64,000 nucleotides of DNA from Paracoccaceae bacterium (GCA_018607905.1 JABBAP010000005.1:94699-158698), one strand, 5' to 3'. Positions 30,475-40,743 are shown, numbered from the stretch's first letter. Translations and numbers: made by a program. Notes: generated by a model from the letters alone, not told the origin.

Positions 30475-31224
30475 CTAAACGCGGAATTCGTCGCCCAGAT
30501 AAACGCGGCGAACATCTTTGTCTTTGACGACCTCTTCGGGGGAACCAGACATGAGCACTGAGCCGCCGTACAAGATGTAAGCGCGATCAATAATTTCGAG
30601 GGTTTCGCGTACGTTATGATCGGTGATTAACACGCCGATATCACGATTTTTTAGTTGCGCAACGAGGGTCCGAATATCGCCGACAGCAATTGGATCGACG
30701 CCTGCAAAGGGTTCATCCAGTAAAATGTAATTTGGGTTACCTGCAAGGCAACGCGCGATTTCGACCCTGCGGCGCTCCCCACCTGAAAGAGCGACGGCTG
30801 GGCTGTCGCGCAGGTGCGTAACCGAGAATTCTTCCATCAATTGTTCGGTGCGATGGCGCTGCTGGGTGCGATCACTTTCCCAAAGCTCGACGACTGAAGC
30901 GATGTTTTGCTGCACAGTCATGCCGCGAAAGATGCTGGCTTCTTGGGGAAGATAGCCCAGACCCAGCCTTGCGCGGCGATACATTGGTAAGTTCGTCACA
31001 TCGCGCCCATCAATCGAAACATTGCCTGTATCAGCGGCGATCAGCCCCGCGATGGAATAAAAGCTCGTGGTTTTGCCAGCCCCGTTTGGCCCAAGAAGCG
31101 CAACCACTTCGCCTCTGTTCAGGCGCATGGAAACGTCTGTGAGGACTTTGCGTTTCTTGAATGCTTTGCTTAGTCCAACAACAGATAGGCCTGTTGCTGT
31201 GTCATCGGGGGCGGGTTTGTTCAT
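30475..31224 (-). CDS. lptB: LPS export ABC transporter ATPase LptB
   Basis: Walker A 'GPNGAGKTT', signature 'LSGGERRR' and Walker B 'ILLDEP'. Confidence 0.95.
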   Translation of the reverse strand: MNKPAPDDTATGLSVVGLSKAFKKRKVLTDVSMRLNRGEVVALLGPNGAGKTTSFYSIAGLIAADTGNVSIDGRDVTNLPMYRRARLGLGYLPQEASIFRGMTVQQNIASVVELWESDRTQQRHRTEQLMEEFSVTHLRDSPAVALSGGERRRVEIARCLAGNPNYILLDEPFAGVDPIAVGDIRTLVAQLKNRDIGVLITDHNVRETLEIIDRAYILYGGSVLMSGSPEEVVKDKDVRRVYLGDEFRV

Positions 31225-31727
31225 TGATCGGTCTTGGGTACAAATACTGTTTTTACATTGCCGTTCATCGTGCCACGGTTGGTCTTTAGATCAAGGTTAA
31301 GTGTGTCGCCAGAGATGGCGTTTATGCCTTGGACAAGAACCACATCGCCAGATAATTTTACCGTGCCAGACCCGATGGTGTAGACGCCGCTTTGCGACTC
31401 TGCGATTTCGGTGCCGTTGGTAAACATTACGTTGGAAGTGGCTTCGACACGTTCAATTCCGGTTTGTTCGGCATTGTAGCGAACGAGGATTTTATTTGCC
31501 GCAAGGATAAGGTCACCCTGAACAACCCGTGCGTTGCCTTCAAACACTGCCGAATTTGAATCCTGCTCCACGGTTAAGTTGTCGGCTGTTACCTCGATGG
31601 GTTGGCTGCCGTCAATTTCGATCGGGCTAAGCGAGATGCCAGTTCCCTGAGCCAGGGCCGGTCCTGCTGCAAGTGCTGCAACCAGCGCAAGGCTTCGCAA
31701 AATGTGATGGCGCATTGTAATCCTCAA
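31221..31727 (-). CDS. lptA: LPS transport periplasmic protein LptA (OstA-like)
   Basis: Signal peptide plus an OstA-type beta-jellyroll sequence. Lies between lptC and lptB. Confidence 0.75.
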   Translation of the reverse strand: MRITMRHHILRSLALVAALAAGPALAQGTGISLSPIEIDGSQPIEVTADNLTVEQDSNSAVFEGNARVVQGDLILAANKILVRYNAEQTGIERVEATSNVMFTNGTEIAESQSGVYTIGSGTVKLSGDVVLVQGINAISGDTLNLDLKTNRGTMNGNVKTVFVPKTDQ

Positions 31728-31729
31728 CT

Positions 31730-32371
31730 TTATCCCTCGGCGGGATTGTATATTAATTTGACGCCGTTGTTAAACATAAGAACGGCGTTACCTGATTGAT
31801 TTTGATCAAGGTTCTGTGTCAGCGTCATTGTGCCTGCTTGGATTGATCCAACCGGGCCTTGGGCAAACACCGGCCCTTCGCTGTAAACATTACCTGTTTG
31901 AAAGTCTATTTCAACACTTGTGCTGGTCGCGGTGTAACCATCTGTCGTGCGCAAATTTACGCCATCACTCAATGTTGCTTCGCTAGATTTTAGGTCCAAT
32001 GCGCCAAGTCCAGACGTTGTGCGCATGGTGCCGCCATTTTGAAAATTGATCGTTGTGCGTGGTTTGCTCAATTCGACTTTGGACGGTTTTGGCCCATCTG
32101 GTAATGCCCATTCGGCCGTGATGGAAAAAGCATCGCCAGATTTTGTGACGCCAGAAAAATTTGGATTTGTGATGCGCTGGCCCACGGCCAGTTCGGCGAT
32201 TGGCCCGTCAATTTCGTCGATAAGTTTGCTGAGTTTCGTTGCGTTCGACAAAAGGAAAACACTGCCCACAAGCAAGATGCCGACGATCGGAAATGCCCAT
32301 TTCAACACGCGCACCATGTTGGAATAACCATCGCGTGTTTCAACGCCAATTGTGGGTTCTTGGTTTTTCAT
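31730..32371 (-). CDS. lptC: LPS export system protein LptC
   Basis: Single N-terminal TM segment followed by a beta-rich periplasmic domain. Position upstream of lptA. Confidence 0.65.
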   Translation of the reverse strand: MKNQEPTIGVETRDGYSNMVRVLKWAFPIVGILLVGSVFLLSNATKLSKLIDEIDGPIAELAVGQRITNPNFSGVTKSGDAFSITAEWALPDGPKPSKVELSKPRTTINFQNGGTMRTTSGLGALDLKSSEATLSDGVNLRTTDGYTATSTSVEIDFQTGNVYSEGPVFAQGPVGSIQAGTMTLTQNLDQNQSGNAVLMFNNGVKLIYNPAEG

Positions 32372-32374
32372 CTG

Positions 32375-32986
32375 TTAATGCGCAAAAATGTCGGTGTCAG
32401 GCCAACCCAAAAGATCAAGTCCTGCGCGTTGGGGTAGGAAATCAAAGCATGCTTTGGCTATTTCTGTGCGGCCTTCGCGCGCAAGGCGAATATCAAGTTC
32501 GGTTTTAAGACGATGAAGGTAGAGCACATCAGAGGCAGCATAGGCGATTTGTGCTTTGGTCAGTTTTTCAGCGCCCCAATCAGAGCTTTGCTGCTGCTTA
32601 GAGATATCAACGCCGATCAGCTCTTGCGTTAGGTTTTTCAAACCGTGTCGATCCGTGAAAGTGCGCACGAGTTTCGACGCAATCTTGGTGCAGTAAACGG
32701 GGGCAGCCCGAACGCCGAAACAGTTTTCCATCACGGCGATGTCGAAGCGGCCAAAGTGAAATAGCTTTAGCTGATTGGGATTGGCTAGCAATTTACACAA
32801 ATTGGGGGCTTGGGTCTGATCTTTGGTGAGTTGCACCAAATGCGCGTTACCATCCCCAGACGAAAGCTGAACAACGCAAAGCCGATCGCGCCTTGCAATA
32901 AGGCCCATCGTTTCACAGTCAATTGCCACAATCGGACCAAGATCCAATTCATTGGGCAGATCGCCTTGGTGAAGATGGTTTGTCAT
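32375..32986 (-). CDS. 3'-5' exonuclease, short RNase D-like (DEDD family)
   Basis: 'VAIDCETMGL' ExoI, 'HFGRFDIAVM' and 'YAASDVLYL' ExoIII motifs. 203 aa. Confidence 0.8.
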   Translation of the reverse strand: MTNHLHQGDLPNELDLGPIVAIDCETMGLIARRDRLCVVQLSSGDGNAHLVQLTKDQTQAPNLCKLLANPNQLKLFHFGRFDIAVMENCFGVRAAPVYCTKIASKLVRTFTDRHGLKNLTQELIGVDISKQQQSSDWGAEKLTKAQIAYAASDVLYLHRLKTELDIRLAREGRTEIAKACFDFLPQRAGLDLLGWPDTDIFAH

Positions 32987-33197
32987 ATTTCGTCTTTCGC
33001 AATTTCAGCTCGAAGTTTCAGCATGCAATGTATGCTGTTTATGATGTGGATTAAAGGGCAGTCACGGGGGAAGGTAAATGTAATCACGTTACAAAGTATA
33101 GGTATTTAGTAGATTTTTGTAACATTTTATTTTACAACGCATTCACGTCCTGCTATTTAGGTATCAAATACATTTCTATCACTCGGGATCCAACAGC

Positions 33198-34394
33198 ATG
33201 AATGCTTACATTATTGACGCAGTACGTACACCCATTGGCCGGTACGGCGGTGCTCTTTCGTCTGTGCGCACGGACGATTTGGCAGCATTGCCAATTGCGG
33301 CGTTGAAAGAGCGGAATGCCAATGTGGATTGGGCGCAGGTGGATGATGTAATTCTTGGCGATGCCAATCAAGCTGGCGAAGATAATCGCAACGTCGCACG
33401 TATGGCCACCTTGCTGGCAGGATTACCGATCGAAGTACCGGGTACAACGGTGAACCGTTTGTGCGCATCTGGTATGGACAGTGTTGGAATGGCGTCACGC
33501 GGAATTAAAGCTGGTGATTATCGCTATGCCATCGCGGGTGGTGTCGAAAGCATGAGCCGTGCCCCGTTTGTGATGCCAAAGGCCACCAGCGCATTTTCGC
33601 GCAGCAATGCGGTATTTGATACGACGATTGGTTGGCGGTTTGTAAACCCGAAACTGAAAGGTCGGTTTGGGATCGATTCGATGCCCCAAACTGCTGATAA
33701 TGTTGCGGAAGATTTTGATATCAGCCGCGAAGACCAAGATGCGTTTGCTGCGCGTTCACAAGCACGATGGAACGCGGCGAGCAAAGCGGGTTTGTTTGCA
33801 GATGAAATCGTTCCAGTGACGATCCCTCAGCGCAAAGGTGACGATGTTATCTTTGATACAGATGAACACCCGCGCCCAAGTGTGACGGCAGAAAAGCTAG
33901 CAACGATGAAAGCGATTAACGGCCCAGATTTATCGGTGACCGCTGGAAATGCGTCGGGCGTGAATGACGGCGCAGGTGCGTTGTTGTTGTGCAACGAAGC
34001 TTTGGCGCAAAACCACGAACCTATTGTCCGAGTTGTTGCGATGGCAACCGCGGGTGTGGAGCCGCGCATCATGGGGATTGGCCCTGTTCCTGCAACACGC
34101 AAGGTTTTGGCGCTGGCGGGTCTAACAATCGAACAGATGGATGTGATAGAATTGAACGAAGCATTCGCGAGCCAAGGCTTGGCGACGTTGCGCGCGCTGG
34201 GCATTGCTGATGATGCGGAACACGTAAATCCGAACGGTGGCGCCATTGCAATTGGGCATCCCTTGGGGATGTCAGGGGCGCGTCTTGTGATGACGGCAGC
34301 CTATCATTTGAAACGAACCGGCGGTCGATATGGCCTATGCACAATGTGTGTGGGCGTTGGCCAAGGGGCCGCCATGATAATTGAACGCGTTTAA
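33198..34394 (+). CDS. paaJ: 3-oxoadipyl-CoA / 3-oxo-5,6-dehydrosuberyl-CoA thiolase
   Basis: Thiolase motifs 'NRLCASGMDSV' and 'CVGVGQG'. Leads paaABCDE. Confidence 0.85.
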   Translation: MNAYIIDAVRTPIGRYGGALSSVRTDDLAALPIAALKERNANVDWAQVDDVILGDANQAGEDNRNVARMATLLAGLPIEVPGTTVNRLCASGMDSVGMASRGIKAGDYRYAIAGGVESMSRAPFVMPKATSAFSRSNAVFDTTIGWRFVNPKLKGRFGIDSMPQTADNVAEDFDISREDQDAFAARSQARWNAASKAGLFADEIVPVTIPQRKGDDVIFDTDEHPRPSVTAEKLATMKAINGPDLSVTAGNASGVNDGAGALLLCNEALAQNHEPIVRVVAMATAGVEPRIMGIGPVPATRKVLALAGLTIEQMDVIELNEAFASQGLATLRALGIADDAEHVNPNGGAIAIGHPLGMSGARLVMTAAYHLKRTGGRYGLCTMCVGVGQGAAMIIERV

Positions 34395-34406
34395 AGGAAA
34401 CACCAG

Positions 34407-35384
34407 ATGTATGCACAGATGATTAAGTCCGAAGCGACGTTAGATGATCCAGAAAAGCTGGCCGCATTTCAGGCCCGCATTGATGCAGGCGATAAGATCG
34501 AGCCGAAAGAATGGATGCCAGAAGGGTATCGCAAGACGCTGATCCGCCAAATCGGGCAACATGCGCATTCGGAAATTGTTGGTCAGTTGCCAGAGGGCAA
34601 TTGGATCACCCGTGCTCCGACGCTGGAGCGCAAAGCAATTTTGTTGGCGAAAGTTCAGGATGAAGCGGGCCACGGCTTGTACCTGTATTGCGCTGCAGAA
34701 ACGCTGGGTGTGACGCGCGACGAGATGACGGAAATGCTACTGGATGGGCGGATGAAATATTCGTCGATCTTTAATTATCCGACGCTGACTTGGGCCGACA
34801 TGGGTGCGGTTGGCTGGCTGGTTGATGGCGCGGCGATCATGAACCAAGTGCCGTTGCAGCGCACATCTTTCGGGCCGTATTCCCGCGCGATGGTTCGCAT
34901 TTGTAAGGAAGAGAGTTTCCACCAACGCCAAGGTTTCGACATCATGATGAAGATGTGCAAGGGAACTGAGGCGCAGAAAAATATGGCGCAGGACGCGTTG
35001 AACCGTATGTGGTTTCCATCCTTGATGATGTTCGGACCGAGCGACAAGGACAGCACCCATTCTGTGCAATCCATGTCTTGGAAAATCAAGATGAACACCA
35101 ATGACGAGCTGCGCCAAAAGTTCGTGGATCAAACTGCTCCGCAAGCAGAGTATTTGGGTCTGAAGATCCCCGATGAAACGCTGGCGTGGAATGAAGAAAA
35201 AGGCGGCTATGATTTCGCTGAGCCAGATTGGGATGAGTTCTTTGAGGTTTTGCAAGGCAATGGCCCGTGTAACGTGGAACGCATCGAGGCGCGCCAAAAG
35301 GCGTGGGACGACGGGGCTTGGGTCCGTGAAGGTTTGATGGCGCACGCCGAGAAACGCGCAGCATTGAAAGAGGCAGCACAATGA
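34407..35384 (+). CDS. paaA: 1,2-phenylacetyl-CoA epoxidase subunit A
   Basis: Ferritin-like di-iron protein ('[11 protein letters not shown]', 'EESFHQRQG'). 325 aa. Confidence 0.9.
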   Translation: MYAQMIKSEATLDDPEKLAAFQARIDAGDKIEPKEWMPEGYRKTLIRQIGQHAHSEIVGQLPEGNWITRAPTLERKAILLAKVQDEAGHGLYLYCAAETLGVTRDEMTEMLLDGRMKYSSIFNYPTLTWADMGAVGWLVDGAAIMNQVPLQRTSFGPYSRAMVRICKEESFHQRQGFDIMMKMCKGTEAQKNMAQDALNRMWFPSLMMFGPSDKDSTHSVQSMSWKIKMNTNDELRQKFVDQTAPQAEYLGLKIPDETLAWNEEKGGYDFAEPDWDEFFEVLQGNGPCNVERIEARQKAWDDGAWVREGLMAHAEKRAALKEAAQ

Positions 35385-35674
35385 GTGATTTGAAAAAAGA
35401 ATGGCCGTTGTGGGAGGTTTTCATCCGTGGACAACACGGGATGAGCCATCGCCATGTTGGTAGTTTACATGCTTCGGATGAGGAAATGGCGATCCTGAAT
35501 GCACGCGACGTTTACACACGCCGCAATGAGGGTGTTTCGATTTGGGTGGTTGAGGCCAAGCATATCGGCGCGTCTTCGCCTGATCAAAAAGGCCCACTGT
35601 ATGAGCCGTCGAATTCCAAAGTTTATCGCCACCCGACGTTCTTTGATATTCCTGACGATGTTGGTGCGATGTGA
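35381..35674 (+). CDS. paaB: 1,2-phenylacetyl-CoA epoxidase subunit B
   Basis: 97 aa with 'WPLWEVFIR...' typical of PaaB. ATGA coupling to paaA. Confidence 0.9.
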   Translation: MSDLKKEWPLWEVFIRGQHGMSHRHVGSLHASDEEMAILNARDVYTRRNEGVSIWVVEAKHIGASSPDQKGPLYEPSNSKVYRHPTFFDIPDDVGAM

Positions 35675-36429
35675 TGTCTGCCGCATTGTTTGAATACCTG
35701 CTTCGATTGGGCGACAACACGCTTGTTCTGGGCCATCGTGTTTCAGAATGGTGTGGCGTTGCACCTGCATTGGAAGAAGATATCGCATTGGCAAACACTG
35801 CGCTGGATTTTATTGGGCAGACGCAAATGTGGCTGGCTTATGCCGCAGAAGTTGAAGACAAAGGTCGCGATGCAGATGCGCTGGCGTTTCGTCGTGACGT
35901 TTGGGATTTCCGCAGTTTGCTGTTGGTCGAACAAACCAACGGTGACTTTGGCAAAACCCTGATGCGCCAGTTCTTGTTTGACGCGTTCAATGTTTTGAAT
36001 TTAACGGCGCTGGTTGGATCGGCTGATGTACGGATTGCAGAGATCGCGGCGAAGTCTGTGAAAGAGGCGCAATATCATTTGGAGCGGTCTCGTGAAACGG
36101 TAATTGCGCTGGGCGATGGGACGCAAGAAAGCAATCGGCGGATGCAAAAGGCGCTGGACGTTTTATGGCCGTTTGCAGGTGAAATGTTTGTGGTCGATGC
36201 TGTTGATACTGAAATGCAAAAGGCTGGCATTGGGCCTGATTTGGCCGCGTTGCGGGGCGAATGGGTTGCGATAATTCAACCCGTTCTAACATCTGCGATG
36301 CTGACCCTTCCTGAAAGTGATTTCGCACATAAAGGCGGCAAAACGGGTGTTCGCCATTCTGAACACCTTGGCCATATGCTTGCAACAATGCAGTTCTTGC
36401 CGCGGGCCTATCCAGATGCGCAGTGGTAG
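35671..36429 (+). CDS. paaC: 1,2-phenylacetyl-CoA epoxidase subunit C
   Basis: 252-aa PaaC-like helical protein. Overlaps the paaB stop. Confidence 0.85.
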   Translation: MMSAALFEYLLRLGDNTLVLGHRVSEWCGVAPALEEDIALANTALDFIGQTQMWLAYAAEVEDKGRDADALAFRRDVWDFRSLLLVEQTNGDFGKTLMRQFLFDAFNVLNLTALVGSADVRIAEIAAKSVKEAQYHLERSRETVIALGDGTQESNRRMQKALDVLWPFAGEMFVVDAVDTEMQKAGIGPDLAALRGEWVAIIQPVLTSAMLTLPESDFAHKGGKTGVRHSEHLGHMLATMQFLPRAYPDAQW

Positions 36430-36430
36430 C

Positions 36431-36892
36431 ATGTCACGCGCAACCAATGAACAAATATGGAAATGGCTTGATGCAGTGCCTGATCCTGAAATCCCAGTGA
36501 TCTCTGTTGTTGATTTAGGTATAGTGCGCGGCGTTGCGTGGGATGCGGACACGCTTGAAGTGTCGGTGACGCCGACATATTCTGGCTGCCCAGCGACGTC
36601 TGTTATCGCGATGGATATCGAAACAGCGCTGATGGATCGTGGTGTGGAACATGTACGCATCAAAACACAAATTGCTCCTGCGTGGACAACTGATTGGCTG
36701 TCAGAAAAGGGGCGTGCAAAGTTAGAAGATTATGGCATTTCCCCGCCAAATGAAGCCGGCGGGCCAGAACAATGCCCCCGTTGCAAATCCAAAGAAGTTG
36801 AACGGATCAGCCAGTTTGGATCAACACCGTGTAAGGCGCAGTGGCGCTGCACGGATTGCCTAGAACCCTTCGATTATTTTAAGTGCATATGA
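36431..36892 (+). CDS. paaD: phenylacetate-CoA oxygenase subunit PaaD (DUF59/PaaJ-type)
   Basis: 'VPDPEIPVISVVDLGIV' DUF59 motif plus a C-terminal Cys4 ('CPRC...CTDC'). Confidence 0.85.
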   Translation: MSRATNEQIWKWLDAVPDPEIPVISVVDLGIVRGVAWDADTLEVSVTPTYSGCPATSVIAMDIETALMDRGVEHVRIKTQIAPAWTTDWLSEKGRAKLEDYGISPPNEAGGPEQCPRCKSKEVERISQFGSTPCKAQWRCTDCLEPFDYFKCI

Positions 36893-36902
36893 GGATTTGA
36901 TC

Positions 36903-37976
36903 ATGGCGCGTTTCCATTCGCTAACAGTTACGAACATCCACAAAACCATTCGCGATGCGGTGGTTTTAACGCTCGCTGCCGATGCCCCTGATGCGTTCGA
37001 TTTTACGCAAGGGCAGTACCTCACGTTTCGCCGTGAGTTTGGCGGCGAGGAATTGCGCCGCTCCTATTCGATCTGTGCAGGCAAAGATGATGGGGTTCTG
37101 CAAGTTGGCATCAAAAAGGTCGATGGCGGTACCTTTTCGACCTGGGCCAATGAGAATTTGCAAGTCGGTGACACGCTTGAAGCGATGCCGCCGATGGGTA
37201 ATTTTGGCGTAGATTTGGATGCGGGCACCAGCAAACATTACCTTTGTTTTGCGGGTGGTTCAGGGATCACGCCGGTACTGTCAATTTTGCGCACAGTTTT
37301 GCAGCGTGAGCCAAATTCGCGTTTCACGCTGGTTTATGCAAACCGCGCTGTGAACACGATCATGTTCCGATCCGAGATTGAGGATTTGAAAAACCGTTAC
37401 ATGGGGCGTGTGAATATCATCCATGTTTTGGAACAAGATGCGCAAGATATCGACCTGTTCACAGGCCGTGTTGATGGCGAAAAATGTGGTTTGCTGTTCA
37501 AACATTGGATTAACATCGACGATATCGACACGGCGTTTATCTGTGGCCCTGAACCGATGATGCTGGCAATTTCGGCTGCCCTAAAAGACCACGGTTTAAC
37601 CGATAAGCAGATTAAGTTTGAGCTGTTTGCCAGTGGTCAGCCAGGCCGTGCAAAACAGAAAGCCAAAGCATCGGGTGCAGCGGCGGTTAAGGCCGTTGCA
37701 GGCAAGGTGACGTTGGATGGAGAATCGCGCAGTTTTGATATCTCTAAGGACATGAGCCTGCTGGATTCCGCGCTGCAAAACGATGTTGAAGCGCCCCATG
37801 CCTGTAAGGCGGGTGTGTGTTCTACGTGCAAATGCAAAGTGTTAGAGGGCGAAGTGGAGATGCTTACCAACCACGCGCTTGAAGATTACGAGGTTGAGGC
37901 CGGTTACGTGCTTTCGTGCCAATCCTACCCTGTCACAGATAAGGTGGTTTGGGATTACGATGCGGCTGGGCACTAA
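36903..37976 (+). CDS. paaE: phenylacetate-CoA oxygenase reductase subunit PaaE
   Basis: FNR-like 'RRSYSI' FAD motif and a C-terminal plant-type 2Fe-2S 'CKAGVCSTCKC'. GAGGA RBS 7 nt upstream. Confidence 0.85.
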   Translation: MARFHSLTVTNIHKTIRDAVVLTLAADAPDAFDFTQGQYLTFRREFGGEELRRSYSICAGKDDGVLQVGIKKVDGGTFSTWANENLQVGDTLEAMPPMGNFGVDLDAGTSKHYLCFAGGSGITPVLSILRTVLQREPNSRFTLVYANRAVNTIMFRSEIEDLKNRYMGRVNIIHVLEQDAQDIDLFTGRVDGEKCGLLFKHWINIDDIDTAFICGPEPMMLAISAALKDHGLTDKQIKFELFASGQPGRAKQKAKASGAAAVKAVAGKVTLDGESRSFDISKDMSLLDSALQNDVEAPHACKAGVCSTCKCKVLEGEVEMLTNHALEDYEVEAGYVLSCQSYPVTDKVVWDYDAAGH

Positions 37977-38569
37977 AGGTTTGGTACCCCATTTAGGCAC
38001 AATTTGCTGACGAGTTCGCCGTAGTCTTTGCGTGCGTTTTCGTCGGCATTTGGATTCCACATATAGAACCAGTTGAGCATCCCGAAAACGGACATCGTCG
38101 CCGCCCGTAATTTTGGCTTATCGCCCTCAAAAACCTGCGGTGCGATCCCTGAAACCAAACCGCTGAGGTGGCTCACAAGGTCTTTCTGATAGCCCTGTAA
38201 AATGGCCTGCTGTTTGGGGGGGAGGTGACCCATCACGTTTGCTTGGAGGCGATGTTCGAAATCGGCCCCCTGATACGCCAGTAGTATTTCTGTGATCGTC
38301 AACGAAAACCGTTTTTGTGCAGTTTGATCGGCCAAATCCATCCCAACAATGCGATCTCGCAAACCAGACAAATAGGCATCCAGAATATCAAATAGGATTT
38401 CATCCTTGCCGCCATAATAATGGTACACGTTCGCCTTGGATATTTCACAGGCCTGGGCCACGCGACTTACGGAGGTTCGATCGAACCCTTCGTTGGCAAA
38501 CAAACGCGCTGCTTGATTCAGAATCAAACGGCGTTTTGTTCCGTAATCTTTGGCGATTGGGCGTGCCAC
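37973..38569 (-). CDS. paaR: TetR-family regulator, probable PaaR
   Basis: N-terminal TetR HTH 'FDRTSVSRVAQACEISKANVYHYY'. Start codon abuts the paaK stop. Confidence 0.7.
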   Translation of the reverse strand: MARPIAKDYGTKRRLILNQAARLFANEGFDRTSVSRVAQACEISKANVYHYYGGKDEILFDILDAYLSGLRDRIVGMDLADQTAQKRFSLTITEILLAYQGADFEHRLQANVMGHLPPKQQAILQGYQKDLVSHLSGLVSGIAPQVFEGDKPKLRAATMSVFGMLNWFYMWNPNADENARKDYGELVSKLCLNGVPNL

Positions 38570-39883
38570 TTAGCGCTCGCCCTTACGGTTATCAACCACA
38601 CGAACCGCCTTGCCTTGGCTGCGGGGAACACCTCCTGGATCCGTAACAACCACGTCCGTGCTGACGCCAACAATTGTTTTAATCCGATGTTTAAGAGCAG
38701 CGGCAGACGCGGCGCGGTTGTCTTGGCTGGTGGCGTTCAAATCAGCTTCGACATGTACGCGCATCGCATCCATACGCCCCTCGCGATACAATTCGATTTG
38801 GAAGTGCGGCGAGAGGCCGTCTGTCGCCATCAGCTGTTCTTCGATTTGGGTGGGAAACACATTCACACCGCGCAGGATGATCATGTCATCCGAACGCCCA
38901 GTGATCTTTTCCATGCGCCGCATTGATCGCGCCGTTCCGGGCAAAAGCCGTGTCAGATCGCGGGTGCGATAGCGGATCATCGGGATGCCTTCTTTCGTCA
39001 GCGTGGTGAAAACCAGCTCGCCTTGTTCACCATCTTCGACCAGCTCGCCTGTTTCAGGATTAACAATCTCGGGATAAAAATTATCTTCCCAAATATGAAG
39101 CCCGTCTTTGGTTTCAACACATTCGTTGGCGACACCCGGGCCCATGATTTCGGACAGACCATAGATATCAACGGCATGCATATCGAAGGCTTGCTCGACC
39201 TCATTGCGCATTGCGTTAGTCCATGGTTCAGCACCGAAAATACCGACTTGAAGGGATGTTTCGCGCGGGTCAAGACCCTGACGTTTGAACTCTTCGAGCA
39301 GGTTCAGAATGTATGACGGTGTAACAGTGATCGCTTGAGGCTTGAAATCATTGATCAATTGAACTTGTTTGGTGGTTTGCCCACCGCCCATCGGCACAAC
39401 AGTTGCGCCAAGTCGTTCGATCCCAACATGCGCACCCAAACCGCCCGTAAATAGGCCGTAACCATAGGCGTTGTGCACCATTTCACCGGGCCGCACACCC
39501 GATGCCCGCAAGGATCGCGCAACCATATTTGCAAACAGATCACAATCGTTTCGCGTGTACCCAACCACGGTGGATTGCCCAGTTGTGCCAGAAGACGCAT
39601 GAATTCGAAGGATTTGTTCGCGTGGTACAGCAAAAAGACCGAAAGGATAATTATCCCGCAAATCGTTTTTCACGGTGAATGGAAATTTCGCAAGGTCCTT
39701 AAGGCTGATCACATCGTCCGGGTGAACGCCCGCTTCGTCAAAGCGTTTTTTGTACATCGGAACATTCGTGTAGGCATGGTTCAAAGACCACTTCAGCCGC
39801 TTGAGTTGCAAAGCCTCAATCTCATCTCGGGATGCAATTTCGATGGGTTCGAGTTCTGATTTTTTAGCGCCCAAATCTTTCAT
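38570..39883 (-). CDS. paaK: phenylacetate-CoA ligase
   Basis: 'ASSGTTGQSTVV' AMP-binding motif, about 437 aa. ATG 39883 follows AAGGA; the ORF-track start at 39931 is an extension. Confidence 0.9.
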   Translation of the reverse strand: MKDLGAKKSELEPIEIASRDEIEALQLKRLKWSLNHAYTNVPMYKKRFDEAGVHPDDVISLKDLAKFPFTVKNDLRDNYPFGLFAVPREQILRIHASSGTTGQSTVVGYTRNDCDLFANMVARSLRASGVRPGEMVHNAYGYGLFTGGLGAHVGIERLGATVVPMGGGQTTKQVQLINDFKPQAITVTPSYILNLLEEFKRQGLDPRETSLQVGIFGAEPWTNAMRNEVEQAFDMHAVDIYGLSEIMGPGVANECVETKDGLHIWEDNFYPEIVNPETGELVEDGEQGELVFTTLTKEGIPMIRYRTRDLTRLLPGTARSMRRMEKITGRSDDMIILRGVNVFPTQIEEQLMATDGLSPHFQIELYREGRMDAMRVHVEADLNATSQDNRAASAAALKHRIKTIVGVSTDVVVTDPGGVPRSQGKAVRVVDNRKGER

Positions 39884-39899
39884 AGTGATATTCCTTGTA

Positions 39900-40691
39900 T
39901 CAGCTTTGTTTGCCCGAAAAATTTGGCGCACGTTTTTCTAGAAAAGACGAAACGCCCTCGGCATAATCTGGTGTTGCGCCGCAAATGCGCTGGTATTCCG
40001 CTTCTAATTCGAGCTGCTCATCTAGCGAGTTTGTCGATGCGGCCTGAATGGCTTGTTTTGTCATGCTGAGGCCGATGGTTGGCCCTACGGCGAGTTTTTG
40101 GCCGAGTTTGCGCGCCTCTGCCAATAGATCCGCGTCTGGGATGGCTTTCCAGATTAACCCCCATTCGGCGGCTTGTGTTGCCGAAAGCGGTTCAGCGGTT
40201 AAGGCGAGCGCCTTGGCGCGAACCTCGCCCAACAATCGCGTTAGGCTCCACGTGCCACCACCATCTGGCACGAGGCCGACCTTGGCAAAAGATTGGATGA
40301 ATTTCGCGCACTGCGCGGCCAAAACAATGTCACAGGCCAATGCGATGTTTGCGCCTGCCCCTGCCGCAACGCCGTTCACTGCGCAAATAACGGGGCAGTT
40401 TAAGGCTTTGATTTGGCGAACCAATGGATTGTAGAAATTGAGGAGCGTTGCGCCCAAATCTGGCGGGCCGTCCATTTTGGATGGGTCACGATCACCAAGG
40501 TCTTGCCCAGCACAAAAGCCACGCCCAGCCCCTGTAAGCAAAATCGCGCGGGTACCATTGGATGCGGCATCATTTAGCGCGGTGCGTAGCGCGAGGTGCA
40601 TTTCCTCGTTAAAGCTGTTCAAGCGGTCAGGGCGGTTCAATGTGATCTGCGTCAGATCGCCATCACGTTCAACAAGAATAGTCTCGCTCAT
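39900..40691 (-). CDS. paaG: 1,2-epoxyphenylacetyl-CoA isomerase (crotonase family)
   Basis: 'LTGAGRGFCAGQDL' enoyl-CoA hydratase/isomerase motif, in paa context. Confidence 0.8.
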   Translation of the reverse strand: MSETILVERDGDLTQITLNRPDRLNSFNEEMHLALRTALNDAASNGTRAILLTGAGRGFCAGQDLGDRDPSKMDGPPDLGATLLNFYNPLVRQIKALNCPVICAVNGVAAGAGANIALACDIVLAAQCAKFIQSFAKVGLVPDGGGTWSLTRLLGEVRAKALALTAEPLSATQAAEWGLIWKAIPDADLLAEARKLGQKLAVGPTIGLSMTKQAIQAASTNSLDEQLELEAEYQRICGATPDYAEGVSSFLEKRAPNFSGKQS

Positions 40692-40731
40692 TGTGCATCT
40701 CCCCATGCTGAGTTGATATTTTTCTTGCATA

Positions 40732-40743
40732 AACCGACCGGTT
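40732..40743. promoter_or_regulatory. candidate PaaR operator (AACCG-NN-CGGTT) in the paaG/paaZ divergent region
   Basis: Perfect 5+5 inverted repeat centred in the 98-bp divergent intergenic region. It has the same 5-2-5 architecture as published PaaR sites (CNAACGNNCGTTNG type). Confidence 0.3.
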
